A stretch of DNA of 41,984 nt from contig CAZWRH010000003.1 in assembly GCA_964636045.1 (NCBI GenBank), positions 1-41,984 of the forward strand, written 5' to 3'. The notes below the pieces were generated by a model. That model searched no databases, was not told the origin of the DNA, and saw nothing but the letters and a program-made list of their open reading frames with translations. The position numbers were made by a program, and so were the translations under genes. This document shows, in pieces, positions 8,500-17,943 of the stretch. The DNA comes from an uncultured Gammaproteobacteria bacterium (GTDB lineage: Bacteria > Patescibacteriota > Microgenomatia > UBA1406 > HO2-37-13b). Every line of letters begins with the position of its first letter. The stretch's first letter is position 1.

Positions 8500-9846
8500 A
8501 TGAAATATCAGCAAATCACTTCTGATTTACATATTCATTCAAAATATTCCCAAGCAGTTTCAAACAAGATGAATTTGGAAGAAATTTCTTTATGGGCGTC
8601 TAAAAAGGGAATTGATTTAGTTGCAACTGCTGATTGGACCCACCCTATTTGGATAAAAGAAATTGAAAGCAAATTAATTGAGGTTTCTGAAGGAATTTAT
8701 CAATTAAAAGATAAACCTTTAAATCAAAAAAGAAATGTTAATTTTTTATTATCAACTGAAATATCAAGTATTTATTCTCAAGGTGGAAAATGCCACAGAA
8801 TGCATAATCTAATATTTGCATCAAATATTGAAACTTCAAAAAAAATTACAAACAATTTAATTAAACATGGATGCAAAGTCGTTTCTGATGGAAGACCAAT
8901 AACCGGACTCTCAGCTATTGAAATATTAGAAATAGTTATGGAAATAGATGATAAATCAATTCTTATTCCAGCACATATCTGGACTCCTTGGTTTTCAATG
9001 TTTGGATCAAGATCGGGATTTAATTCTATAGAAGAAGCTTTTGGAAAATATTCAAAATATATCTATGCAATAGAAACAGGACTTTCATCTGACCCTCTTA
9101 TGAATTGGCAAATTAATGAACTTGAAAATAGATCTATTTTGTCATTCTCTGACGCACATTCTGGTCCTAAGCTTGGTCGTGAAGCTACGGTTTTAGTTGC
9201 AAAAAATGAAGTTAATAAAATGTTTAATTTTTCTGACATTACCGATTGTATTAAGCAAAAAAAAGATTCAGTTTATAAAATTGGATATACAATCGAATTT
9301 TTTCCTGAAGAAGGAAAATATCATTGGACTGGACATAGAAATTGTAATATTAAATTAAATCCAATAGATTCTAAAAAAAATGGAATTATTTGTCCTATAT
9401 GCAAGAAACCATTAACAATAGGTGTTGCTGATAGAGTTGTTGAACTTTCTAATAATCCAAACTTTGAAAATGAATATTTAAAAATTGAAAATAAAGTTGG
9501 GGTAAATTTTATTTATGATTTAAAAAAACAAAAAAGACCATTTACCTCAATTATTCCTCTTTCTGAAATACTTCTAGAAACTAATAATAATTCACCAAAA
9601 AAAGCACTAGATCAATATGAGTATCTTGTTAACAATTATGGCTCTGAATTTGATATATTACTGCGAAAGCCAATTGATGAAATAAATAAAATTGACGAAA
9701 AGTTAGCTAAAGCAATAAAAATAGTTAGGTCAAGAAATAGTTTTATTGATCCTGGATATGACGGTGAATTTGGAAAAATAAAAGTTTTTACGGAGGAAAC
9801 AAATGCAGAAAGAAAAAAAGAAAAAAAACAAAACCCTCTTTTTTAA
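8500..9846 (+). CDS. PHP-domain nuclease, endonuclease Q (EndoQ)-like
   Basis: DLHIHSKYSQAVSNKM at the N-terminus, IPAHIWTPWFSMFG, LSFSDAHSGPKLGREATV, EGKYHWTGHRNC...CPICKKPLTIGVADRV zinc finger, C-terminal DPGYDGEFGKI. This matches my recollection of the archaeal/Bacillus EndoQ family layout. Confidence 0.7.
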   Translation: MKYQQITSDLHIHSKYSQAVSNKMNLEEISLWASKKGIDLVATADWTHPIWIKEIESKLIEVSEGIYQLKDKPLNQKRNVNFLLSTEISSIYSQGGKCHRMHNLIFASNIETSKKITNNLIKHGCKVVSDGRPITGLSAIEILEIVMEIDDKSILIPAHIWTPWFSMFGSRSGFNSIEEAFGKYSKYIYAIETGLSSDPLMNWQINELENRSILSFSDAHSGPKLGREATVLVAKNEVNKMFNFSDITDCIKQKKDSVYKIGYTIEFFPEEGKYHWTGHRNCNIKLNPIDSKKNGIICPICKKPLTIGVADRVVELSNNPNFENEYLKIENKVGVNFIYDLKKQKRPFTSIIPLSEILLETNNNSPKKALDQYEYLVNNYGSEFDILLRKPIDEINKIDEKLAKAIKIVRSRNSFIDPGYDGEFGKIKVFTEETNAERKKEKKQNPLF

Positions 9847-11056
9847 AAAAAATATAGGAAATATACTTCTTTTTTTATTTGTCTTTTTATTACCAACCCA
9901 ATTTGGAAAACATTTCTTCTTAAATTTTTCTTATGTAAATGGAGTTAAAATAGACTATCTATCTTTGGTTTTTTACCTAACTGATGTTTTATTTTTACTA
10001 ATATTTTTTAAAAATATCAATTTTTTCAAAAAATATTTATTAGACTTTGCTAAAAAAAAATATTGGGTTTTGTGGTTTCTTTTTTTATTAAACATTGCAT
10101 TTTCTAAATATTATATTCTCTCTTTTTATTATCTAGTTAAAATTGTTGAAATAATCTTAATATATATATTATTTAAAAAAGAAAATGAACTCAATTTAAT
10201 AAATAAAGCATTTTTTTTTGGAGGATTATTCCAATTTTTTCTTGCAATTTTACAATTCATTAATAAAGCATCAATTAATGGTTTTTTTTATTTTTTTGGA
10301 GAAAGACACATTGTTCTTTCTCAAGCAAATATTGCTAAAGCATCAATTAATGGGGTTGAAATGCTCCGTCCTTATGGAACTTTTTCACATCCAAATAGCA
10401 TGGCTGGTTTTTATTTGATTTTATATTTCTATTTTTTATCAAGTAAAAATTTAGAAAAATTTCCTATAAGATATAAGCAATTAGCTTTAATAATGTTTAC
10501 TATTCTTATTTTTATTTCTTTTTCAAAAACAGCGATCATTAGTTATTTTATATTTAATATCCTATATGTAGCTTTTTATAAGAAAAACATTTTTAAAAAC
10601 TATCAAAAAATTTTAATTATATTAATAATTTCTTTATCATTTTTGGTTTTTTCGGCAAAAACAGATCCATTAAGTCTTGAAAAACGAATGTTGGTTTTAC
10701 AAAATAGTTTATCTATTATTACAAATAATTTTATTTTTGGAGTTGGTCTTGGCCATTATTTAATATATCAGGCAAATTTTCCTATTAAATATTCATTTTT
10801 TTTCTTACAACCTGTTCATAATATCTTTTTATTATTTTTTTCACAACTAGGTATACTTTTAAGTTTTTTTATTATTGGCTTTTTAATAAGGATTTTAAAA
10901 AATGAATATAAAAAAATTTCTTTTGTTTTAATATTTGGAGCAATAATCTTTACAGGTACATTTGATCATTATTGGATAACTCTTCAACAAAATTGGCTAC
11001 TTATTGGAATTATTTTTGGATTAATTAAAAGAGAAGAAATTATAGATATCTATTAA
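9803..11056 (+). CDS. O-antigen ligase (Wzy_C)-like polytopic membrane protein
   Basis: 417 aa with about 10 hydrophobic helices. A central loop is followed by FSHPNSMAGFY and QPVHNIFLLFFSQLGILL (the HN..L....E/Q.G motif region). There is no alternative in-frame start after 9846, so a 44-nt out-of-frame overlap with the upstream gene is implied. Confidence 0.6.
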   Translation: MQKEKKKKNKTLFFKKNIGNILLFLFVFLLPTQFGKHFFLNFSYVNGVKIDYLSLVFYLTDVLFLLIFFKNINFFKKYLLDFAKKKYWVLWFLFLLNIAFSKYYILSFYYLVKIVEIILIYILFKKENELNLINKAFFFGGLFQFFLAILQFINKASINGFFYFFGERHIVLSQANIAKASINGVEMLRPYGTFSHPNSMAGFYLILYFYFLSSKNLEKFPIRYKQLALIMFTILIFISFSKTAIISYFIFNILYVAFYKKNIFKNYQKILIILIISLSFLVFSAKTDPLSLEKRMLVLQNSLSIITNNFIFGVGLGHYLIYQANFPIKYSFFFLQPVHNIFLLFFSQLGILLSFFIIGFLIRILKNEYKKISFVLIFGAIIFTGTFDHYWITLQQNWLLIGIIFGLIKREEIIDIY

Positions 11057-11783
11057 TAATTACTTCTCTTGCTTTATTTTCAAATTCAAAATTTTGTTTT
11101 TTTAGATGAATTTTCTTTTTATATTTTATCTCAAGTGATTTTTCTAAAAGTAAATAACTAAGTTCATAATTTTTTGGCAAAATAGGGCCATGAAGATAAG
11201 TTCCAATCGCATTTTTATAAACAGCTCCTTCATATTTATCTTCTCCATTATTTCCAAATCCATGAATTAATGTAGCAAATGGCTCTATATTTTTACCTAG
11301 ATAAGTTCTTCCACCATGATTTTCAAAACCAACAAAATATTTATCTGACTTAATATTTATTGGATTAATAATTACATTTCCAATTAATCTTTTAAATTCA
11401 TTTCCTGGATTAACTGTGTACAAATCAAAAATAGATAACCCTTCAATAATTTTATTATCAGCTGATTTGTAATACTTTCCTAAAAACTGATATGCTCCAC
11501 AAATAAATAAACCTGGGATATTAGAATCAATCATTTTTTTTAATACCTCTCCTTTGTTTTTAAGTAAATCTTTATTGACTATTTCTTGTTGTAAATCTTG
11601 AGCACCTCCCATGAATATTAAATCACATTTTTCCAATACTTCATTTTTTGTATCTAAATTAATTCTTTCAATTTTTATATTTACTCCAGACTCTCGACCA
11701 AGTTGAGTTAAGGCAATAATGTTTCCTCTATCTCCATATGTACTCATTAATTCTGGATAAAGCCAAGCGATTTTTAAATTCAT
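11040..11783 (-). CDS. gatD: lipid II isoglutaminyl synthase, glutaminase subunit GatD (CobQ-type amidotransferase)
   Basis: 247 aa. Nucleophile context FICGAYQFLG and His context GTYLHGPILPKN. The start overlaps the murT stop (ATGA-type, 11780-11783). Confidence 0.8.
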   Translation of the reverse strand: MNLKIAWLYPELMSTYGDRGNIIALTQLGRESGVNIKIERINLDTKNEVLEKCDLIFMGGAQDLQQEIVNKDLLKNKGEVLKKMIDSNIPGLFICGAYQFLGKYYKSADNKIIEGLSIFDLYTVNPGNEFKRLIGNVIINPINIKSDKYFVGFENHGGRTYLGKNIEPFATLIHGFGNNGEDKYEGAVYKNAIGTYLHGPILPKNYELSYLLLEKSLEIKYKKKIHLKKQNFEFENKAREVIINRYL

Positions 11784-13075
11784 AACATTTTTTTCCCAAT
11801 TAAATAATTTCTAACCTCAAGCATTGCTGAGTATGTCGGTAAAATATAATTTTTTTCATTTTTTAAACTATTACACATTTCATTAACTGCTTTTTTATAG
11901 TCTTTATAAAGATATATATATTCTTTTTTGTCTTTTAGTCTAATTGCCATTTCATAACATCTATCTCCTGATATAAACACTTTGCATTTTGTTTTAAATA
12001 GTTGGTCAAAATCAACATCCCATATCCATGAAACATCAGTACCATCAGGAATCCTATCATTTAATAAAATTAAAATATTTTTTTTATCAAGATTTTGGTT
12101 TATTAAATTAATTGATTGATTAAATCCTGTAGGGTTTTTTGAAAGTAATATTGTTATTTTTTTATTTTTATAAACAATTTCTTCAAGTCTTCCAAAAGCG
12201 GGTTTAAAACCAACAAACAAATCTTTATCAATGTCTAAAAATAGAAATATTTTTTTTAAAGTTAATAAAACAGCATTAGTATTGTAAGAGTTATAAACTC
12301 CTTCTAAAGGATATTTTAGATTACTAAAATCACTTTCAACCCCATCTCTTTTAAAACCACATTTATCACAAAAAAAATCACCTAAGTGGGAATATGAAAT
12401 AGCATTATAAGTTAATCTATTTTTACATTCTGGGCAATAATTTGAATCAATATCATGGGATAGGTTTTTGGAAGTCATATTTTCTTTACTAACTCCAAAA
12501 TAATAAATTTCATTTTTAAGTTTTTTTCCTAAAAAATATAATAAAGGATCATCTCCATTTAGTATAAATTTGGTTTTAGAGTTTATTTTTTTAAATGATT
12601 CTAGCCATTTATTCGAGATAGTATTTACTTCTCCATACCTATCAAGTTGATCTCTAAATAAATTTAGAATTATAACGGCTGTTGGGTTTAGATATTTAAT
12701 AATTTGAGGTAAAGTATTTTCATCAACCTCAAAAATTGCAACCTGATTATCAATCTTTCCAAAAAAAGAAGTATTATCTATAATACTTGAAGCAATTCCA
12801 TTTAGTAAATTTGCTCCAGTATCATTTTTTAATATACTTAGTCCTTTTTTTGAAAGAGCATAACTAAGCATTTTTGATGTTGTGGTTTTTCCATTTGTTC
12901 CTGCAATTAATATTATTTTTAAATGAATATTTTTATTCAAAATATCTCTAATTATTCTTCTATTAAGAAACAATGCTATATGTCCAGGCCAAGTTGATCC
13001 ACTACCAAACGAAAAAAATCTAATGAAGAAAAATATGAATTTAATAAAAAGAATTATTATATAGTTATAAAACAT
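11780..13075 (-). CDS. murT: lipid II isoglutaminyl synthase, Mur-ligase-like subunit MurT
   Basis: 431 aa. P-loop GTNGKTTT and a 4-Cys ribbon CPECKNRL...CDKCGFKR. The C-terminal DUF1727-like region is paired with gatD. Confidence 0.8.
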   Translation of the reverse strand: MFYNYIIILFIKFIFFFIRFFSFGSGSTWPGHIALFLNRRIIRDILNKNIHLKIILIAGTNGKTTTSKMLSYALSKKGLSILKNDTGANLLNGIASSIIDNTSFFGKIDNQVAIFEVDENTLPQIIKYLNPTAVIILNLFRDQLDRYGEVNTISNKWLESFKKINSKTKFILNGDDPLLYFLGKKLKNEIYYFGVSKENMTSKNLSHDIDSNYCPECKNRLTYNAISYSHLGDFFCDKCGFKRDGVESDFSNLKYPLEGVYNSYNTNAVLLTLKKIFLFLDIDKDLFVGFKPAFGRLEEIVYKNKKITILLSKNPTGFNQSINLINQNLDKKNILILLNDRIPDGTDVSWIWDVDFDQLFKTKCKVFISGDRCYEMAIRLKDKKEYIYLYKDYKKAVNEMCNSLKNEKNYILPTYSAMLEVRNYLIGKKML

Positions 13076-13614
13076 TAGTGTTTTATTTTATTTAGCTTTT
13101 CTTTAATATCTTTGTTTGTTTTCAATATAGATTCAAAGTTTTTAATCTCTCCTTCAGGAATATTTTTTAAGAATCCTTCAATTACACTTTTATGTTTTGC
13201 ATTACTCAATTCAACTTTAGAAATAAATTCTCCCCCAACTCCTCCACCTTGCTTTTCTGAAAGATTAATATTTTTTATTATTTGATAATAATGATTTTCT
13301 GCCTCTTGTAAAATTTTTCTTGTGGCTACCCATTTATTTTTATTTGCAAGTTCAAGTGCCATAGAAACTTTTTTATCAGCAAAACCAAGTTCAAGCTCTG
13401 CTTTTTTTAAACTGTCTCTTGTAAAAAAGCATAAAAAATTATCTCTTAATAATTTAATTGGGTAAAGCTGATTATCTGGAAGAATGCCGGGATAAGGTAA
13501 GGTATAAGCAACTTGCTTTGATTCTATTTTTAATTCTTGTGATTTAACAATAATATGTGAAAAGCAAAAAACAAAAAAGAAAAACACAAAGCCTAAAACT
13601 ATGTTTTTTAACAT
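13075..13614 (-). CDS. secreted/anchored DUF5667-like protein (hypothetical)
   Basis: 179 aa. An N-terminal signal or anchor is followed by LPYPGILPDNQLYPIKLLRDN...KKAELELGFADKK, which resembles the DUF5667 motif common in CPR proteins. Confidence 0.5.
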   Translation of the reverse strand: MLKNIVLGFVFFFFVFCFSHIIVKSQELKIESKQVAYTLPYPGILPDNQLYPIKLLRDNFLCFFTRDSLKKAELELGFADKKVSMALELANKNKWVATRKILQEAENHYYQIIKNINLSEKQGGGVGGEFISKVELSNAKHKSVIEGFLKNIPEGEIKNFESILKTNKDIKEKLNKIKH

Positions 13615-13652
13615 TTATTAATTATACCAAATATTTAACTCTTATTATTAAA

Positions 13653-13697
13653 TTAAAAAAAACAAATCCACTTATTTTTTAGGTAAAGTGGATTTGT
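13653..13697 (-). terminator. rho-independent terminator of hup
   Basis: On the minus strand, directly after the hup stop, there is a 12-bp perfect stem. It is formed by ACAAATCCACTT and AAGTGGATTTGT (plus coordinates 13662-13673 and 13686-13697), with a 12-nt loop. An 8-nt T tract follows (A run at 13654-13661 on plus). Confidence 0.8.
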
Positions 13698-13708
13698 TAT
13701 AAAGAAAT

Positions 13709-13981
13709 TTATTTAACTAATCTTTTTAAAGATTTTCCTGCTGTAAATCCAGGTGTTTTTGTAGCTGGAATTTTAATTTCAGCTCCAGTTTGTGGATTTC
13801 TACCTTTTCTTGCTGCTCTTTTTCTAACCATAAAGGTTCCAAAGCCTGTAATAACAACTTTTTCACCTCTTTTAAGAGCATCTGAAAGAGTACTAAATAC
13901 TGCATCAACTGCTTCTTTTGCAGCTTTTGCGGTAAGGTCAGCTTTTTTTGCAACTTGTGCAACAACGTCTGCTTTTGTCAT
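13709..13981 (-). CDS. hup: HU-family DNA-binding protein
   Basis: 90 aa. [29 protein letters not shown]...[28 protein letters not shown] is canonical HU/IHF. A strong SD, AAGGAGGTG (13989-13997), is present. Confidence 0.95.
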   Translation of the reverse strand: MTKADVVAQVAKKADLTAKAAKEAVDAVFSTLSDALKRGEKVVITGFGTFMVRKRAARKGRNPQTGAEIKIPATKTPGFTAGKSLKRLVK

Positions 13982-14083
13982 GATTTTTCACCTCCTTCCA
14001 AAGACTTTTAGTCAGTAACAGGATAGTGAAATTTAGGCCTCTTGTCAATCTATATTTAAAACATCTTTTTATAACAATCTACA

Positions 14084-15529
14084 TCAAGAATGGCTTGTTG
14101 CAAAAGTACGAACTTCCCTTATAACCGTAATCTTAACTTGACCAGGGAACGTTGGGAACTTCTCTTCAATTTCTTCTTTAATTTTTTCTGCTAAAACTAA
14201 GGCTTCATCATCAGATATTTCTTGAGGTTTTACAATAACTCTCAATTCTCTACCTGCTTGTAAAGCATATGCTTCTTGAACTCCTTTTTTAGTTTTTGCT
14301 GCATCTTCAATTGTTTTAATTCTTTTTAAATATTCTTCAAAATCTTCGTGTCTGGCACCAGGTCTTCCACCTGAAACTGCATCAGCTATGTATACAATTA
14401 TTCCTTCTATACTTGTAAAGGCTGTATCTTCATGATGCGTGGCAACTGTATCTATGATTTTTTGTGAAAATTTATATTTTTTTAATAAATCAACACCTAA
14501 ATCAACATGAGATCCTTCCTTATCATTAATAACTTTTCCAATATCATGAAGCAAACACCCAAGTTTTACTGTATTTACATCAGCTTTTAATTCATGAGCC
14601 AAGGCTGTTCCAATTTTAGTTTCTTCAAGTGTATGTAAAATCATATTTTGACCATATGAATATCTATATTTGAATCTTCCTAAAAGTTTAATAATTTCAA
14701 AAGGAATATTATAAATACCAACCCTATGGCATAAATCTTCACCAGCTTTTACAATAATTTTTTCAATTTCTTCTTTTGTTTTTTTAACTATTTCTTCAAT
14801 TCTTTCTGGTTGAATTCTTCCATCCTTCATAAGTCTCTCAAGCGATGTTTTTGCAATCTCTCTTCTTACTGCATCAAACGATGAAAATTTAATAACCCCT
14901 TCTTCATCAAGGTCAACGTCGACTCCAGTCGCAATTTCAAAAGCCCTAATATTTCTTCCTTCTTTTCCAATAATCCTTCCTTTAAAATCATCATTTGGTA
15001 AATTTACAACTGATAAGGTATATTCAGCTGTATAATCAACTGCACCATATCTCATTGAATCAACTAATATTTCTTTTGCTTTTTCATCAACTGTATTTTT
15101 TATCTCTTCTTCAGCCGATCTTATTTTTTTAGCAATTTCTCCTTTCATTTTGTCTTCCCAACCTCTCATTATTAAATCTTTAGCATCAGCTTGACTTAAT
15201 TTAGCAACTTTTTCAAGTTTTGTTAAAATCTCATCTCTTTTTTCTGAAACTATTTTTTTTTCATCTTCGAGTTGTTTTTTTGTTTTTTCTAAGTCTTTTT
15301 TTAAATTGTTGATTTCATTTTCTTTTTGCTGTAAATTTTTTTGTAAGTTAATAGTATCTTGTGTGGTTCTTTTTATCTCTTCTTCAGCTGTTTTTTCAAT
15401 TCGAAGAGCTTCTTCTTTTGCTTTAATAAGAATTTCTTTTGCCTCTATCTCAGCTTGTTGGATCTTTTTTTCAAGATTTTGTTTTTTTTGTTTAAAAATA
15501 GGAATGAAATCTAAAATTTTATTGAACAT
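14084..15529 (-). CDS. rny: ribonuclease Y
   Basis: 481 aa. Coiled-coil N-terminal region, KH domain (GRIIGKEGRNIRAFE) and HD domain (LHDIGK ... HHE). Confidence 0.9.
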   Translation of the reverse strand: MFNKILDFIPIFKQKKQNLEKKIQQAEIEAKEILIKAKEEALRIEKTAEEEIKRTTQDTINLQKNLQQKENEINNLKKDLEKTKKQLEDEKKIVSEKRDEILTKLEKVAKLSQADAKDLIMRGWEDKMKGEIAKKIRSAEEEIKNTVDEKAKEILVDSMRYGAVDYTAEYTLSVVNLPNDDFKGRIIGKEGRNIRAFEIATGVDVDLDEEGVIKFSSFDAVRREIAKTSLERLMKDGRIQPERIEEIVKKTKEEIEKIIVKAGEDLCHRVGIYNIPFEIIKLLGRFKYRYSYGQNMILHTLEETKIGTALAHELKADVNTVKLGCLLHDIGKVINDKEGSHVDLGVDLLKKYKFSQKIIDTVATHHEDTAFTSIEGIIVYIADAVSGGRPGARHEDFEEYLKRIKTIEDAAKTKKGVQEAYALQAGRELRVIVKPQEISDDEALVLAEKIKEEIEEKFPTFPGQVKITVIREVRTFATSHS

Positions 15530-15693
15530 AGGAATATAAATATGAATTAACTAAAGGAATTATTATTAAAACAAATGGGCAAAATAGAACATAAATAAAT
15601 TGATTTGCTTCATTTTTTGAAAATTAAATAATAATACCTAGGTTAAAAACTTTTAAAATAATATTTTTAAATATCTTTCCAATTTTAACCTTT

Positions 15694-16152
15694 TTAAACC
15701 AAATCTTCAAACGCATTTTTAGCAACAGAATATGAAAATCCTTTTCTAATAAGAAATTCTATTATTTTTACCTTTTCTTTTTTTAAAACGCTTTTTTTAC
15801 TACTTAAGAGTTTTTTTGCAATTTCAAAATCGTCTTGTTTTTTTAAAGAAAAATAATCATCTATAATTTCTTTTGAAATTCCTTTTTTTTGAAGCTCTAT
15901 TTTTAATAAATTAATACCTCTTGGTTTAAAATAATTTCTCTGATCAATCCACCAAGACACAAACTCTACATCATTGAGAAAAAAATCTTTTTTTAAATCA
16001 AAAACAATTTCATTAATTAAATTAATTTTAAAATCGGTTGGCTTTATTTTTCTATTTAAATAATCAATAACCTCTTTTTCACTTCTTGGTCTAAAAGATA
16101 TATATTTAATACTTTTTTCAAAAAAATATTTTTTAGTTTTCTTGAAATCCAT
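15694..16152 (-). CDS. recX: RecA regulator RecX
   Basis: 152 aa helical-repeat protein (KYISFRPRSEKEVIDYLNRK...). Its start shares one nucleotide with the recA stop (16152). Confidence 0.75.
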   Translation of the reverse strand: MDFKKTKKYFFEKSIKYISFRPRSEKEVIDYLNRKIKPTDFKINLINEIVFDLKKDFFLNDVEFVSWWIDQRNYFKPRGINLLKIELQKKGISKEIIDDYFSLKKQDDFEIAKKLLSSKKSVLKKEKVKIIEFLIRKGFSYSVAKNAFEDLV

Positions 16153-17150
16153 TATTTATTAAACGCTTTTGAATAAACTGATTTAGTTAATTCTTGTTTA
16201 AATTTTGCATCAGTTTTTATCAATTCTTTTATCTGTTCTTTTCCTTGACCCATAACTTTATCGCCCATTTTAATAAAAGATCCACTTTTTGACAATATTC
16301 CTACTAATAAAGCTGTGTCAACCAAGGCTTCTTCTTTATCAATCCCATCTTTATTAATAACAAATTGAGCTTCTTTAAATGGTGGAGAAACTTTGTTTTT
16401 TACAATCTTCACCTTTACTCTTGTTCCAACAACTTCATCTCCTTTTTTAATTGTTTCTATTTTTCTAACATCCATTCTAATAGATGCATAAAATTTCATT
16501 GCCATTCCTCCTGGAGTAGTTTCAGGATTTCCAAACATTATTCCAATTTTCATTCTAAGTTGGTTTGTAAATATAACAATAGTATTTGATCTAGAAACAA
16601 CGCTGGTAAGTTTTCTTAAGGCTTGAGACATAAGTCTTGCCTGAACCCCCATTTGAGCATCACCCATTTCACCTTCTATTTCTGATTTTGGTACAAGAGC
16701 CGCTACAGAATCAACTACTAAAATATCTACTCCTCCTGATCTAATTAGGCTTTCGGTAATTTCCAAGGCTTGTTCTCCAGTATCTGGTTGAGAAATTAAT
16801 AGATTATCAAGATCTATTCCTAAAGTCTTTGCCCAAGAAGGATCAAGCGCATGTTCGGCGTCAATAAAAGCAGCAATTCCTCCTTCTTTTTGTGCTTGAG
16901 CAATTAAATTTAAACATAAAGTGGTTTTTCCAGAAGCTTCAGGTCCATATATTTCAATAATTCTTCCTTTTGGAATTCCTCCAACACCAAGTGCAAAATC
17001 AAGAGGCATTATTCCAGATTTTAAAACATCTAATTGTTCATTGGTTTTATCTCCAAGTTTCATTATTGCACCTTTACCAAATTGTTTTTGAATTTGATCA
17101 ATGGCTAAAGAAACCGCTTGTGCTTTTGGACTTTTTTCATCACTTTTCAT
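16152..17150 (-). CDS. recA: recombinase RecA
   Basis: 332 aa. [17 protein letters not shown] (Walker A), [10 protein letters not shown] (Walker B) and the loop regions are canonical RecA. Confidence 0.97.
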   Translation of the reverse strand: MKSDEKSPKAQAVSLAIDQIQKQFGKGAIMKLGDKTNEQLDVLKSGIMPLDFALGVGGIPKGRIIEIYGPEASGKTTLCLNLIAQAQKEGGIAAFIDAEHALDPSWAKTLGIDLDNLLISQPDTGEQALEITESLIRSGGVDILVVDSVAALVPKSEIEGEMGDAQMGVQARLMSQALRKLTSVVSRSNTIVIFTNQLRMKIGIMFGNPETTPGGMAMKFYASIRMDVRKIETIKKGDEVVGTRVKVKIVKNKVSPPFKEAQFVINKDGIDKEEALVDTALLVGILSKSGSFIKMGDKVMGQGKEQIKELIKTDAKFKQELTKSVYSKAFNK

Positions 17151-17218
17151 ATATAAATATGTTTAATTTTTAAATCAGTAAAATAATATCAAATTTAAAA
17201 AGAATTACAAATTAAAAA

Positions 17219-17539
17219 TTATTTTGAAAAGAAGAAAAAAACAAATACTATTAAAAAACAAAGAGTAGAAAAAAATGAAAGATAATTTAAAAAATATGTT
17301 TCATCTTCATTTTTTCTAAAATAATTTGTGTTTTTAAAAACAATAGCAGAAACTACAAAAACACTTGCTGACAAAACTCCTTTTGCTATCCAATAATTAA
17401 AAAAATATTCACTAAGTATTTTTTTAAAATAAAGATTTATCTCTGATGAAATGATTAATATTGTTATAAAAAATATTGTAAAAATTGCACCCACTAAAAT
17501 TCCTCTATTTAATTTTAACCCACCAAATTTATTGTTCAT
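17219..17539 (-). CDS. hypothetical small polytopic membrane protein (3 predicted TM)
   Basis: 106 aa, hydrophobic. The start overlaps the upstream ORF stop (17536-17539). Confidence 0.45.
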   Translation of the reverse strand: MNNKFGGLKLNRGILVGAIFTIFFITILIISSEINLYFKKILSEYFFNYWIAKGVLSASVFVVSAIVFKNTNYFRKNEDETYFLNYLSFFSTLCFLIVFVFFFFSK

Positions 17540-17943
17540 CCAAATAATTCAATAAAACTAATAATCACAGAAAAACTAAATAAAATAAATACAAAAATAG
17601 AATATGATTTTTTTAAATTACTTTTTGTTTGTATTTCTTTTTCTAAGGAAATACTTAATAAAAATGCAATAAAAGATAAAAAAGGCATCATAAAAAATGT
17701 ATTAATTTTTGTTTTTAATAAAAAATTAAAACCATCCAATTTATTAATAAGAGAAGTAAAATAATACCCTCCAAATAAAAAAGAAATTAAAATAAAAAAG
17801 AAGCAGTAAAATGTTTGAATTTTTAAAGTTCGAGAAGAAGTGTTTTTTTTAGACAATTCAAGTAATGTCAAAAAATATAAAAAAATAATGCTTGCGTTAA
17901 ATAATATATGAATAATAATTGAAATCTTTTGAGTTGCTATCAT
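17536..17943 (-). CDS. hypothetical small polytopic membrane protein (about 4 TM)
   Basis: 135 aa, hydrophobic. It has 4-nt overlaps with both neighbouring ORFs. Confidence 0.45.
   Translation of the reverse strand: MIATQKISIIIHILFNASIIFLYFLTLLELSKKNTSSRTLKIQTFYCFFFILISFLFGGYYFTSLINKLDGFNFLLKTKINTFFMMPFLSFIAFLLSISLEKEIQTKSNLKKSYSIFVFILFSFSVIISFIELFG

Noticed and set aside
13726-13965. 79-aa alternative-frame ORF on the same strand inside hup.
   Set aside because: The overlapping frame encodes a canonical HU protein. The alternative frame is a Q/L/K-rich artefact.
15641-15689. Imperfect AT-rich inverted repeat (GGTTAAAA ... TTTTAACC) between recX and rny.
   Set aside because: The loop is long, the stem is almost all A/T, and no conserved element is recognisable. 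It is likely chance.
17151-17218. An SOS box was expected upstream of recA.
   Set aside because: No GAAC-N4-GTTC or near match is seen here or upstream of the membrane-ORF trio. recA may be transcribed with the trio or be LexA-independent. No feature called.
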